From a bacterium (GTDB taxonomy: Bacteria > SZUA-182 > DTGQ01), in contig JBFMGO010000026.1 of assembly GCA_040752695.1 (NCBI GenBank), positions 1 through 57,398 of the forward strand: a DNA stretch of 57,398 nt, in the 5' to 3' direction. A program made the position numbers and the translations under genes. This document shows, piece after piece, positions 26,533 to 35,067 of this stretch. Under the pieces are notes generated by a model. That model was not told the DNA's origin and did no database searches. It was given only the letters and a program-made list of their open reading frames with translations. Numbering within the stretch: the first letter of the stretch is position 1; each line of letters opens with the position of its first letter.

Positions 26533-29325
26533 ATGTTAAATAATATTAACCAAACTCCAGAACAAAAAGCCAGAGATAAGATAGATATGATGCTCAGACA
26601 GGCTGGCTGGGCTGTACAGGATAATGATAAGATAAACTTTAATGCCAGTCAGGGTGTGGCAGTGCGTGAATACCAAACGGACGCCGGACCAGCCGATTAT
26701 ATGCTTTTCATGGGCAGAGAACCAATAGGAGTGATTGAGGCTAAACGGAAAGAAGAAGGGCATCGGTTAACAGTACATGAGGAACAGGCGGAAGGGTATG
26801 CTAAGAGCACGCTTAAGTATTTTGATAATAAGCCACTCCCCTTTATTTATGAAAGCACAGGTGAACTGACACGATTTATCGATACTCGTGATCCAAAACC
26901 AAGGTCACGGCCGGTATTCTCTTTTCACCGTCCAGAAACATTCAAGGAATGGCGGAAAAAAGGGAAATCTCTTCGGACCCGCTTACTCGCCATTCCAGAA
27001 CTCAACCGTGAAGGCTTGAGGGATTGTCAGATTCGTGCCGTTAATAAACTGGAAGTTTCCTTCAAGAATAATCGTCCCAGAGCTTTAATACAAATGGCCA
27101 CAGGTTCAGGTAAGACATACACAGCCATCACCTTCATTTACCGCCTTTTGAAATTTGCCGATGCCAAACGGGTATTGTTTCTGGTTGATACAAAGAACCT
27201 GGGAGAGCAAGCTGAACAGGAACTTATGGCTTATGTACCAAACGACGACAACCGTAAATTTACCGAGCTGTATAATGTCCAACGCCTGAAATCGAGCTAT
27301 GTAGCCACCGATAGCCAGGTGTGCATCAGTACCATTCAACGGCTTTATTCAATCCTGAAGGGTGAGGATCTGGACGAGAGGCTGGAGGAAGAAAACCCTA
27401 ACGAACTCTGGCAGCCTGAACGTTGGCTGCCTCATAAAGAACCAATGCCTGTTGTCTACAATGAGAAAATCCCCATTGAGTTTTTCGATTTTGTTGTCAT
27501 AGACGAGTGCCATCGTTCCATTTACAATCTCTGGAAGCAGGTGCTTGATTACTTCGATGCCTTTTTGATCGGTCTTACAGCCACTCCTGATAAACGTACC
27601 TTTGGTTTTTTCAATGAGAATGTGGTGAGCGAGTATCCCCATGAGGATGCAGTAGCAGATGGAGTAAATGTCGGCTATGATGCCTATACCATTGAAACCA
27701 GGATCACCAAAAATGGCGCGAAAATCTTTGCCAAAGAGTATGTGGATCGGCGGCATAGACTGACCAGGCAGAAGAGATGGACTCAATTGGATGAGGATGT
27801 GGTATATTCTGCCAAAGAGCTGGATAAAGATGTGGTAAATCCCAGCCAGATACGAAATATTATCCGTGAGTTCAAAAATATAATTCCTAAAATCTTTCCT
27901 GGACGAGAAGAGGTGCCGAAAACCCTCATCTATGCAAAAACTGACAGCCATGCAGATGACATTATTGGGATTGTGCGGGAGGAGTTTAACGAGGGCAATG
28001 ATTTCTGCAAAAAGATCACTTACAAAGCATTGGAAGATCCCAAATCAGTGCTGGCACAGTTTCGGAATAGCTATAGTCCACGCATTGCCGTAACCGTTGA
28101 TATGATTGCTACAGGAACGGACGTAAAGCCATTGGAGTGTCTTCTCTTTATGCGGGATGTGAAAAGCCGCAATTACTTCGAGCAGATGAAAGGCCGTGGA
28201 ACCCGCACTATCAACTATGATGATCTAAAGAAAGTAACGCCGTCCGCCATCATAACCAAAACACACTTTGTGATTGTGGATGCAGTGGGCGTAATGAAAA
28301 CCTTAAAAACCGATAGCCGTCCCCTGGAACGTAAAAAGGCAGTGCCACTCAAGGATTTACTCTATGCTGTGATGATGGGAACGGCACACGATGAAGATAC
28401 CTTAACTTCCGCTGCCAACCGTCTGGCACGTCTGGAGAAACAAATCACTGAACAGGAAAAAGAAAAATTTAAGGGTATGGCTGGAGGAAAAAGCGTTAAT
28501 CAGGTAGTGCATGAACTCCTGGATGCCCATAACCCGGATAGGGTCGAGGCTGTGGCAAGGGAGCAGTTTGAAATAAAACCTGACCAGATACCTACAGGAG
28601 AACAACTGGAAAAAGCTAAGGGTGAACTTATCAAGCGGGCGGCTTCTACATTTACGGGGGAGTTAATCGGGTATATTGAAGATGTCCGTAAATCTCATGA
28701 GCAGATCATTGATACGGTGAATCTTGATACCGTGGAGTTTTCAGGCTGGGACAAGCAGGCCAAAGATAAGGCAAAAGATGTGGTAGATGATTTTAAGGCT
28801 TTTCTGGAACGGCATAAGGATGAGATTATGGCATTGAGAATCTTTTATAATCAGCCCTACAACCGCAGGGAATTGACCTATAAAATGGTTAAAGAGGTGC
28901 TGGACGTACTGAAAGCCGAGAAACCCCTCCTTGCTCCTGCAAGAGTATGGCAGGCTTATGAACAACTGGAAAAGGTGGACGGGCATAGCCAAAGTCCGAA
29001 AAACGAGCTAACAGCTTTGGTTGCCCTTATCCGTAGAGTAACTGGCATTGATGATGTATTGACACCTTATGATAAAACGGTTGATAAAAATTTCAAGAAT
29101 TGGGTATTCAAGAAACAGGCTGGAGCAGCATTGAAGTTCAATGAAGAGCAAATGGAATGGCTGCGGATGATTAAAGAGCATGTTGCTGCTTCTATTCACT
29201 TTGATAGGGAAGACCTGGACTATGCTCCTTTTGATGCCAAGGGTGGAATCGGGAAGATGTATCAGGTTTTTGGAGATGAGATGGATGGTATTATTGATGA
29301 AATGAATGAGGCATTAGTGGCGTAG
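26533..29325 (+). CDS. hsdR: Type I restriction enzyme R subunit (EcoEI/type IB-like)
   Basis: ADY...IEAK nuclease, MATGSGKT, DECHRS, GLTATP, QMKGRGTR; EcoEI-like C-terminus. Confidence 0.95.
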   Translation: MLNNINQTPEQKARDKIDMMLRQAGWAVQDNDKINFNASQGVAVREYQTDAGPADYMLFMGREPIGVIEAKRKEEGHRLTVHEEQAEGYAKSTLKYFDNKPLPFIYESTGELTRFIDTRDPKPRSRPVFSFHRPETFKEWRKKGKSLRTRLLAIPELNREGLRDCQIRAVNKLEVSFKNNRPRALIQMATGSGKTYTAITFIYRLLKFADAKRVLFLVDTKNLGEQAEQELMAYVPNDDNRKFTELYNVQRLKSSYVATDSQVCISTIQRLYSILKGEDLDERLEEENPNELWQPERWLPHKEPMPVVYNEKIPIEFFDFVVIDECHRSIYNLWKQVLDYFDAFLIGLTATPDKRTFGFFNENVVSEYPHEDAVADGVNVGYDAYTIETRITKNGAKIFAKEYVDRRHRLTRQKRWTQLDEDVVYSAKELDKDVVNPSQIRNIIREFKNIIPKIFPGREEVPKTLIYAKTDSHADDIIGIVREEFNEGNDFCKKITYKALEDPKSVLAQFRNSYSPRIAVTVDMIATGTDVKPLECLLFMRDVKSRNYFEQMKGRGTRTINYDDLKKVTPSAIITKTHFVIVDAVGVMKTLKTDSRPLERKKAVPLKDLLYAVMMGTAHDEDTLTSAANRLARLEKQITEQEKEKFKGMAGGKSVNQVVHELLDAHNPDRVEAVAREQFEIKPDQIPTGEQLEKAKGELIKRAASTFTGELIGYIEDVRKSHEQIIDTVNLDTVEFSGWDKQAKDKAKDVVDDFKAFLERHKDEIMALRIFYNQPYNRRELTYKMVKEVLDVLKAEKPLLAPARVWQAYEQLEKVDGHSQSPKNELTALVALIRRVTGIDDVLTPYDKTVDKNFKNWVFKKQAGAALKFNEEQMEWLRMIKEHVAASIHFDREDLDYAPFDAKGGIGKMYQVFGDEMDGIIDEMNEALVA

Positions 29326-29327
29326 AG

Positions 29328-30923
29328 ATGGGAAATGGGAATGGGCAAATGGAATTATTACCCAAGGGATGGTTATGGGTAAGGCATGACGAGATTGCTG
29401 AGATTAATCCTAAACTCCCTGAAGATGGATATTCCCCAAATTTAATGGTCTCCTTTATCCCTATGAGATCCGTTGAAGAGGAAACAGGTAAACTGGATTT
29501 ATCAGAAGAAAGAGAATATTACCAAGTAAAAAAAGGGTATACTCCTTTTATTGAGGGTGATTTAATCTTTGCGAAGATCACTCCTTGTATGGAGAATGGT
29601 AAGCTTGCAATATTGGATGGATTGAGAAATGGTATCGGGTTTGGATCTACAGAATTTCACGTTTCAAGGTTAACAAAATACACAAATGTAAAGTATCTGT
29701 ACTACTATTTCCTGCGAAAAGCCTTTAGGAGAGATGCTCAGCAAAATATGACAGGCAGTGCCGGGCAGCTTCGGGTTCCAAATAAATATTTCCAAAGGGT
29801 CTTGATCCCACTTCCTCCCCTCCCAGAACAACACCGTATAGTCGCCAAGATTGAAGAATTATTCAGTAATCTGGACCAAGGCATAGAGCAACTCAAAACT
29901 GCCCAACAGCAACTTAAAGTGTACCGTCAAGCTGTGCTCAAGTGGGCATTTGAGGGTAAGCTCACAGAAAAATGGCGGAAAACTCACCATGTCGAACCAG
30001 CCGAAAGATTACTGGAGCAAATCAAAACAGAACGTGAAAATCGATATCAGCAACAACTGGAAGAGTGGAAGAAAGCTGTAAAAGAATGGGAAACCAATGG
30101 CAATCAGGGTAAAAAGCCTGTAAAACCCCAAAAGCCAAAGGGATTCACTCCTCTCAGTGAAAAAGAATTGGCTGAATTACCTCAATTACCGGACGGGTGG
30201 TGTTGGGTGAAATTAGGGAATGCTTGTGGGAAAATTTTTGATGGTACGCATTTCTCTCCTCAAAATTACCCAGAAGGAAGATATAAGTACATAACAGCCA
30301 AAAATATCAAGGAACATGGAATTGATCTCTCAGATATAACTTATGTAACTGAGGATGATCACAAGGAGATTTATGCAAGATGTGATGTTAAAAAAGGAGA
30401 TGTTTTATATATTAAAGATGGAGCAACTACAGGAATAGCTACAGTTAATAATTGGGATGAAGAATTTTCCCTTTTATCTAGTGTTGGAGTATTTAGAACC
30501 TTCCATAATTTGATTGAACCAAAATATTTATCCTTTTATTTAAACTCAAAAGTTACCAGAAACAGAATGTTAAAAAATATTGCAGGAGTTGCTATTACAC
30601 GATTAACATTAGTTAAGTTAAATAATTCAGTATGTTCATTGGCTTCAATCCAGGAACAACATCAAATCGTCCAGGAAATAGAAACCCGCCTATCGGTTTG
30701 TGACAACATAGAAGCCAATATTGAAGAAGCACTTCAAAAAGCAGAAGCTCTGAGGCAAAATATCCTGAAAAAATCCTTTGAGGGAAAGCTTGTTCTTCAA
30801 GATCCGAATGATGAACCAGCCAGTGTTCTCCTGGAAAGGATAAAGGCAGAGAAGGCGAAACAGAAAGCACAGGAAGCGGAAAAGAGAAATCCCAATAACA
30901 AGAAAAAAGAGAAGGCCTTATGA
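29328..30923 (+). CDS. hsdS: Type I R-M specificity subunit
   Basis: Two TRDs (LPKGW..., LPDGW...), PLPPLPEQHRIV, EQHQIV, LKKSFEGKL. Confidence 0.93.
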   Translation: MGNGNGQMELLPKGWLWVRHDEIAEINPKLPEDGYSPNLMVSFIPMRSVEEETGKLDLSEEREYYQVKKGYTPFIEGDLIFAKITPCMENGKLAILDGLRNGIGFGSTEFHVSRLTKYTNVKYLYYYFLRKAFRRDAQQNMTGSAGQLRVPNKYFQRVLIPLPPLPEQHRIVAKIEELFSNLDQGIEQLKTAQQQLKVYRQAVLKWAFEGKLTEKWRKTHHVEPAERLLEQIKTERENRYQQQLEEWKKAVKEWETNGNQGKKPVKPQKPKGFTPLSEKELAELPQLPDGWCWVKLGNACGKIFDGTHFSPQNYPEGRYKYITAKNIKEHGIDLSDITYVTEDDHKEIYARCDVKKGDVLYIKDGATTGIATVNNWDEEFSLLSSVGVFRTFHNLIEPKYLSFYLNSKVTRNRMLKNIAGVAITRLTLVKLNNSVCSLASIQEQHQIVQEIETRLSVCDNIEANIEEALQKAEALRQNILKKSFEGKLVLQDPNDEPASVLLERIKAEKAKQKAQEAEKRNPNNKKKEKAL

Positions 30924-32443
30924 GTAATGGTAACAGCAACCCTAATACCAGCCCTAACCCTACCCCTAACACCTCCAGCATCATATCCAAGGTGTGGAGT
31001 TTTTGCAACGTACTCAGGGATGATGGCGTAAGTTATGGTGATTATCTGGAACAGCTTACTTACCTTTTGTTCCTGAAAATGGCGGATGAATTCAGTAAGC
31101 CACCCTATAACCGTCACCTGCCTATCCCTCCAGAGTATAACTGGGAGAGTTTAAGGTCAAAAAGAGGAGCTGAGCTTGAGACTCACTATGTAAATCTCCT
31201 GCGGACCCTTGGACAGCAAAAAGGAATGCTGGGGCAAATCTTCACCAAATCTCAAAATAAGATCCAGGACCCTGCCAAGCTGTATAAGACCATTGACATG
31301 ATCGATAAAGAGAACTGGGCACTAATGGGAGCTGACGTAAAGGGACAGATATACGAAGGCTTGCTGGAAAAGAATGCTGAGGATACCAAAAGCGGTGCAG
31401 GTCAATATTTTACCCCAAGAGCTTTGATAAAGGCGATGGTAGCCTGTATCCGTCCTGAACCTATGAAAACCATAGCCGATCCAGCCTGCGGTACTGGTGG
31501 TTTTTTTCTGGCAGCGTATGATTTCATCGTAGAAAACCACCACCTCGACAAAGATCAAAAGGAATTCCTGAAACATAAGACCTTCTCAGGTAATGAAATC
31601 GTGGCCAACACAAGAAGATTGTGCCTGATGAATATGTTCCTTCACAATATCGGGGAAATTGATGGTGAATCATTTATTTCACCTGCTGACGTCCTCGTTG
31701 CTGACACGGGTGATCGGTTTGATTGTGTCCTTACCAATCCACCTTTTGGCAAAAAAAGCAGTATGACTGCCACCAATGAGGAAGGGGAGCAGGAGAAAGA
31801 GGATTTCACCTATAACCGACAGGATTTCTGGGCAACCACTTCCAACAAGCAATTGAATTTTGTACAGCACATCCACACGATGCTGAAAACAACAGGACAG
31901 GCTGCCGTAGTTGTACCGGATAATGTCTTATTTGAGGGTGGTGCAGGTGAAACGGTAAGAAAGAGATTGCTGCAAACCACCGATCTACACACCATCTTAA
32001 GACTTCCAACAGGGGTATTTTACAAGCAAGGCGTTAAGGCGAATGTGATTTTCTTTGAAAGTAAACCAGCCAGCAAAGACCCCTGGACAAAAGAGGTCTG
32101 GATTTATGATTTCCGAACCAATGTCCATTTCACCTTAAAGAAAGACCCCATGAAGTTTGAGGATTTGAAAGATTTCATTGAGTGCTACCAGGGTGAAAAC
32201 AGGTACGGAAGAAAAGAAACCTGGTCAGAGGACAACCCGGAAGGCAGATGGAGAAAATTCACCTATGACGAAATCATTGCCAGGGACAAAACCAGCCTGG
32301 ATATCTTCTGGCTTAAGGACAACAGCCTGACCGATTTAGACAACCTGCCTGATCTGGATGTACTCGCAGGAGAGATTATTGAAACCCTCGAAGCCAGTGT
32401 AGAAAGCTTTAAGCAAATCATGGAAACGATAACTGGGGGGTAA
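30920..32443 (+). CDS. hsdM: Type I R-M N6-adenine methyltransferase subunit
   Basis: GQYFTPR, DPACGTGGF (motif I), NPPF (motif IV); ATGA overlap with hsdS. Confidence 0.96.
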   Translation: MSNGNSNPNTSPNPTPNTSSIISKVWSFCNVLRDDGVSYGDYLEQLTYLLFLKMADEFSKPPYNRHLPIPPEYNWESLRSKRGAELETHYVNLLRTLGQQKGMLGQIFTKSQNKIQDPAKLYKTIDMIDKENWALMGADVKGQIYEGLLEKNAEDTKSGAGQYFTPRALIKAMVACIRPEPMKTIADPACGTGGFFLAAYDFIVENHHLDKDQKEFLKHKTFSGNEIVANTRRLCLMNMFLHNIGEIDGESFISPADVLVADTGDRFDCVLTNPPFGKKSSMTATNEEGEQEKEDFTYNRQDFWATTSNKQLNFVQHIHTMLKTTGQAAVVVPDNVLFEGGAGETVRKRLLQTTDLHTILRLPTGVFYKQGVKANVIFFESKPASKDPWTKEVWIYDFRTNVHFTLKKDPMKFEDLKDFIECYQGENRYGRKETWSEDNPEGRWRKFTYDEIIARDKTSLDIFWLKDNSLTDLDNLPDLDVLAGEIIETLEASVESFKQIMETITGG

Positions 32444-32740
32444 TTGCTCACATATATTATGCGCATCATACTGATATGCATAATAATGGAGGGGTGAGGT
32501 GGCGATAGCTTACCCCTTTTTTACGGAGTTATTCGGTATAAGAAAGGAGGTATTATAAAAGACAGATAACATAATTTTCAACTATCAGAACCGAAGAGAT
32601 GGATTGATTAAGCGCTTACAGGTACCTCTTACCTTGATTTACCCCTGCATACTAAAAAATATGGGGCTATTGTAGGGCAGAATTAAAAACGAGAAGAAAA
32701 GGTGTGATTTGAATTTGCCATGCCGGATTTAATAAAAAAA

Positions 32741-32813
32741 TGCCGGGGGGCGGAATCGAACCGTCGACACAGGGATTTTCAGTCCCTTGCTCTACCGACT
32801 GAGCTACCCCGGC
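32741..32813 (-). tRNA. tRNA-Phe (GAA), CCA not encoded
   Basis: GCCGGGG-TA-GCTCAGTCGGTAGAGC-A-AGGGA-CTGAAAA-TCCCT-GTGTC-GACGG-TTCGATT-CCGCC-CCCCGGC-A. Confidence 0.96.
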
Positions 32814-32855
32814 ATTTTTATAAACGAGGATTGGTTAAAGAAATAAAGTGTCAGA

Positions 32856-32885
32856 ACTATAGCATGGAAAGTTAATGGATGTCAA
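32856..32885 (-). promoter_or_regulatory. Sigma70-type promoter for tRNA-Phe
   Basis: Minus strand TTGACA-18 bp-TATAGT with an extended -10 TG. Confidence 0.6.
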
Positions 32886-32948
32886 TTAAAATTTGGAAAA
32901 CCTCAGGGCATTTTTTTATTCCTTTGAATACATCTCTGAATATGTCTT

Positions 32949-34835
32949 TTAAAATATAAGCTGCAGCGTCAGATAAATGCTGGTATTGCTGGTACTGCCA
33001 GTATTGCTGGCACTTGCGGTATTGCCGGTAGTATCCTCCTCCCCCTGTTGCTGCTCAGCCTCCCCTTTATCATAGTAGTAAGCCCCTGGATTTTGATCCC
33101 TCAGGAATTCCCGCCGCAATTGCGCGGTTAAAAGCAACGAGGCAGACCAGGAATATTCGACCGATACAAGGTACTGGTATTTTTTTTGTGGAGTACCTTC
33201 AAGGGGCCATTTTCGCTCATAGTCAAAAGCGGGCCGGACTTTCAGGCTGCCCGGCAATTCCCATTCCAGGGCAAGATACAGATCATCCGCATCGACTCCC
33301 ATGTGGTGCCCCATGATCCGGCCTTTGTAAGTGTAGGAAAGCCCTTCGTCGCTGGCAGCATGGGTATACCAGGCCAGGGGGTTGTCGCTGGCGTGGGTGC
33401 TGGCATATTCGGCGCGAAAGCGAAGCTGCGCCAGAGGCCCAATGGCAGGCAGGTATATACCGGCAAGGTGTGCCCAGTCCTTCGGGTACAGGTTGGCCTC
33501 ATCTTCGCCGGCATGTTCCCCGTACAGGGTGACAGGCTGGAGGCGAAAGGGAAGAGTGATGCGCCAGTTACATCCCGCTTGCTGATTTCCCGGACCGTCC
33601 GACTCATTTTCACGTCTGGCCAGGAAAGCATCGAGGAAGTCATTTCCACGTCGAAACAGGAAGGTGCGGATGAAGCCGATTTCAAAGTAGGGATTGACCT
33701 TTAAAGATATGGTCATACCGGAAAACTTCGGGCTATGGATATCCGGATGAACGTCCGGATGCAGGCTTCCTGCTTGCTGGCTGTCTGCATCGCGGTTATC
33801 TACATCCAGTCTGTCTGCCTCCCGGTTGTTTCCATCCAGTCTGCCTGCATCCCGGCTGTTTCCATCCCGGCTGTCTGCATCCCGGTTATCTCCATCCAGG
33901 TTATCTCCATCCAGGCTGTCTGCATGCTGATTATCCGCAGGTTGATTATCGGGCTGAGCAGTCTTTTTGTGGTCATCATAAGGCCGGTCTTTTTCCAGCT
34001 CTGCAAAGAAAAAAGAAAAGCGGAACAAGCCTAAATAGCGAAGAAAGGAGGGGAGCACAACCGGAGACTTGCTGCTCAGGTGGATGAGATTGAATGGTGT
34101 GGCATTATTTGTTAATTGCAGAGTCCCGTGGACCCCCTGGCCCCACCAGAGCGACTCTCTGCCGATGTTCAGGTATAGATGCTCCAATTCGTATTGAAGG
34201 TAGCTTTCCGTGAATTCGAACCGGGTCTGGCACAGGGTATCATTCATTGACCAGGAGGATCGCACATGAAAGCCCAGCCGGTTCAAGACCTGTCCCCGAA
34301 GGTGCCAGTCACCGAGCAGGCTGAAGCCCTCCGGCTCCTTCCGTCCATAGTTATTTTCCCTGACCACATAAAGGGGGGCCTGGTGATCGAAAAGTGCCTG
34401 GTGATCGAAAAGTGCCTGGTGCTCCGAAAGGTGTGGGTGATCAGCACAGGTGATTTTCAGGGTTTCGACAGGCTTCAAAAAATTTTGCTTCGGAGAAAAG
34501 CCCTGTAGGTTGGCAATTTCCTGGCGAAAATCATACCTCAGTCTGTTCAAGGCACAGATTACGGACGCTTCGCGGGCACGGGCGTGTGTTTGGCTGTATC
34601 GTTCAGCCTGAAGGGTAAAAATCGCTGCCTCCGTGCGGGACAAAGGTTTCGTCCCGGCCATGAAAGGAGGCAGACAGCCCAGAGCTGCCAGCCATTCCAG
34701 ATCCTGGTAGGCCCTCGAATCCAGGGAAACATTCGTCTGGGCTGACGAAAGGGGCACCCGGAAGGAGGACAACAGGCAAAAGAGAATCAGAGCCGTCAGG
34801 CCTGATCGGATTTTTCCCAATGTTTTTTGACTCAT
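32949..34835 (-). CDS. Capsule assembly Wzi-family outer-membrane protein with internal repeat insertions
   Basis: Signal peptide; TKPLSR, GRESLWWGQG...LTNNA, YGEHAGED, GHHMG; adjacent to the SLBB export gene. Confidence 0.82.
   Translation of the reverse strand: MSQKTLGKIRSGLTALILFCLLSSFRVPLSSAQTNVSLDSRAYQDLEWLAALGCLPPFMAGTKPLSRTEAAIFTLQAERYSQTHARAREASVICALNRLRYDFRQEIANLQGFSPKQNFLKPVETLKITCADHPHLSEHQALFDHQALFDHQAPLYVVRENNYGRKEPEGFSLLGDWHLRGQVLNRLGFHVRSSWSMNDTLCQTRFEFTESYLQYELEHLYLNIGRESLWWGQGVHGTLQLTNNATPFNLIHLSSKSPVVLPSFLRYLGLFRFSFFFAELEKDRPYDDHKKTAQPDNQPADNQHADSLDGDNLDGDNRDADSRDGNSRDAGRLDGNNREADRLDVDNRDADSQQAGSLHPDVHPDIHSPKFSGMTISLKVNPYFEIGFIRTFLFRRGNDFLDAFLARRENESDGPGNQQAGCNWRITLPFRLQPVTLYGEHAGEDEANLYPKDWAHLAGIYLPAIGPLAQLRFRAEYASTHASDNPLAWYTHAASDEGLSYTYKGRIMGHHMGVDADDLYLALEWELPGSLKVRPAFDYERKWPLEGTPQKKYQYLVSVEYSWSASLLLTAQLRREFLRDQNPGAYYYDKGEAEQQQGEEDTTGNTASASNTGSTSNTSIYLTLQLIF
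33735..33955 (-). repeat. In-frame 15-bp tandem repeat in Wzi (about 12 pentapeptides)
   Basis: DNQPA DNQHA DSLDG DNLDG DNRDA DSRDG NSRDA GRLDG NNREA DRLDV DNRDA DSQQA, then HPDV HPDI. Confidence 0.85.
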
Positions 34836-34885
34836 GCCGGCTCTCCCTTTGGCCGAAGTTTTCTTCCCGATAGCGACATATCCCC

Positions 34886-35067
34886 CTCAAAGCGGCCCTG
34901 GCAGGCGCTTATAACAACGCCTGCGCCGATTCAAAGCGGCCCTGGCAGGCGCTCACGATAACGTCTCCTGCGCGCCGGGCTCAACAAGCCTGGCAGTCGC
35001 TCATAATAACCGCCTGCACCGGACTCAAAGCAGGCCTAGTAGGCGCTTATAATAACGCCTGCACCGA
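34886..35067. repeat. Four ~44-50-bp tandem copies of the SLBB gene 3' end, each with a GCAGGCG/CGCCTGC-type hairpin
   Basis: Units start (C/T)TCAA at 34886, 34930, 34980 and 35024; the fourth unit contains the real stop codon. Confidence 0.85.

Larger units (their letters stand above)
24400..32740. mobile_element. AT-rich genomic (defence) island at the 3' side of tRNA-Phe
   Basis: Visibly AT-richer than the flanks; carries type I R-M, CcbP-like genes and GNAT; ends at the tRNA-Phe 3' end; no integrase seen; borders approximate. Confidence 0.6.

Noticed and set aside
34886..35067. Possible CRISPR array (palindromic ~45-bp periodic units)
   Set aside because: No unique spacers, the units are copies of the adjacent gene end, and no cas genes are in the window
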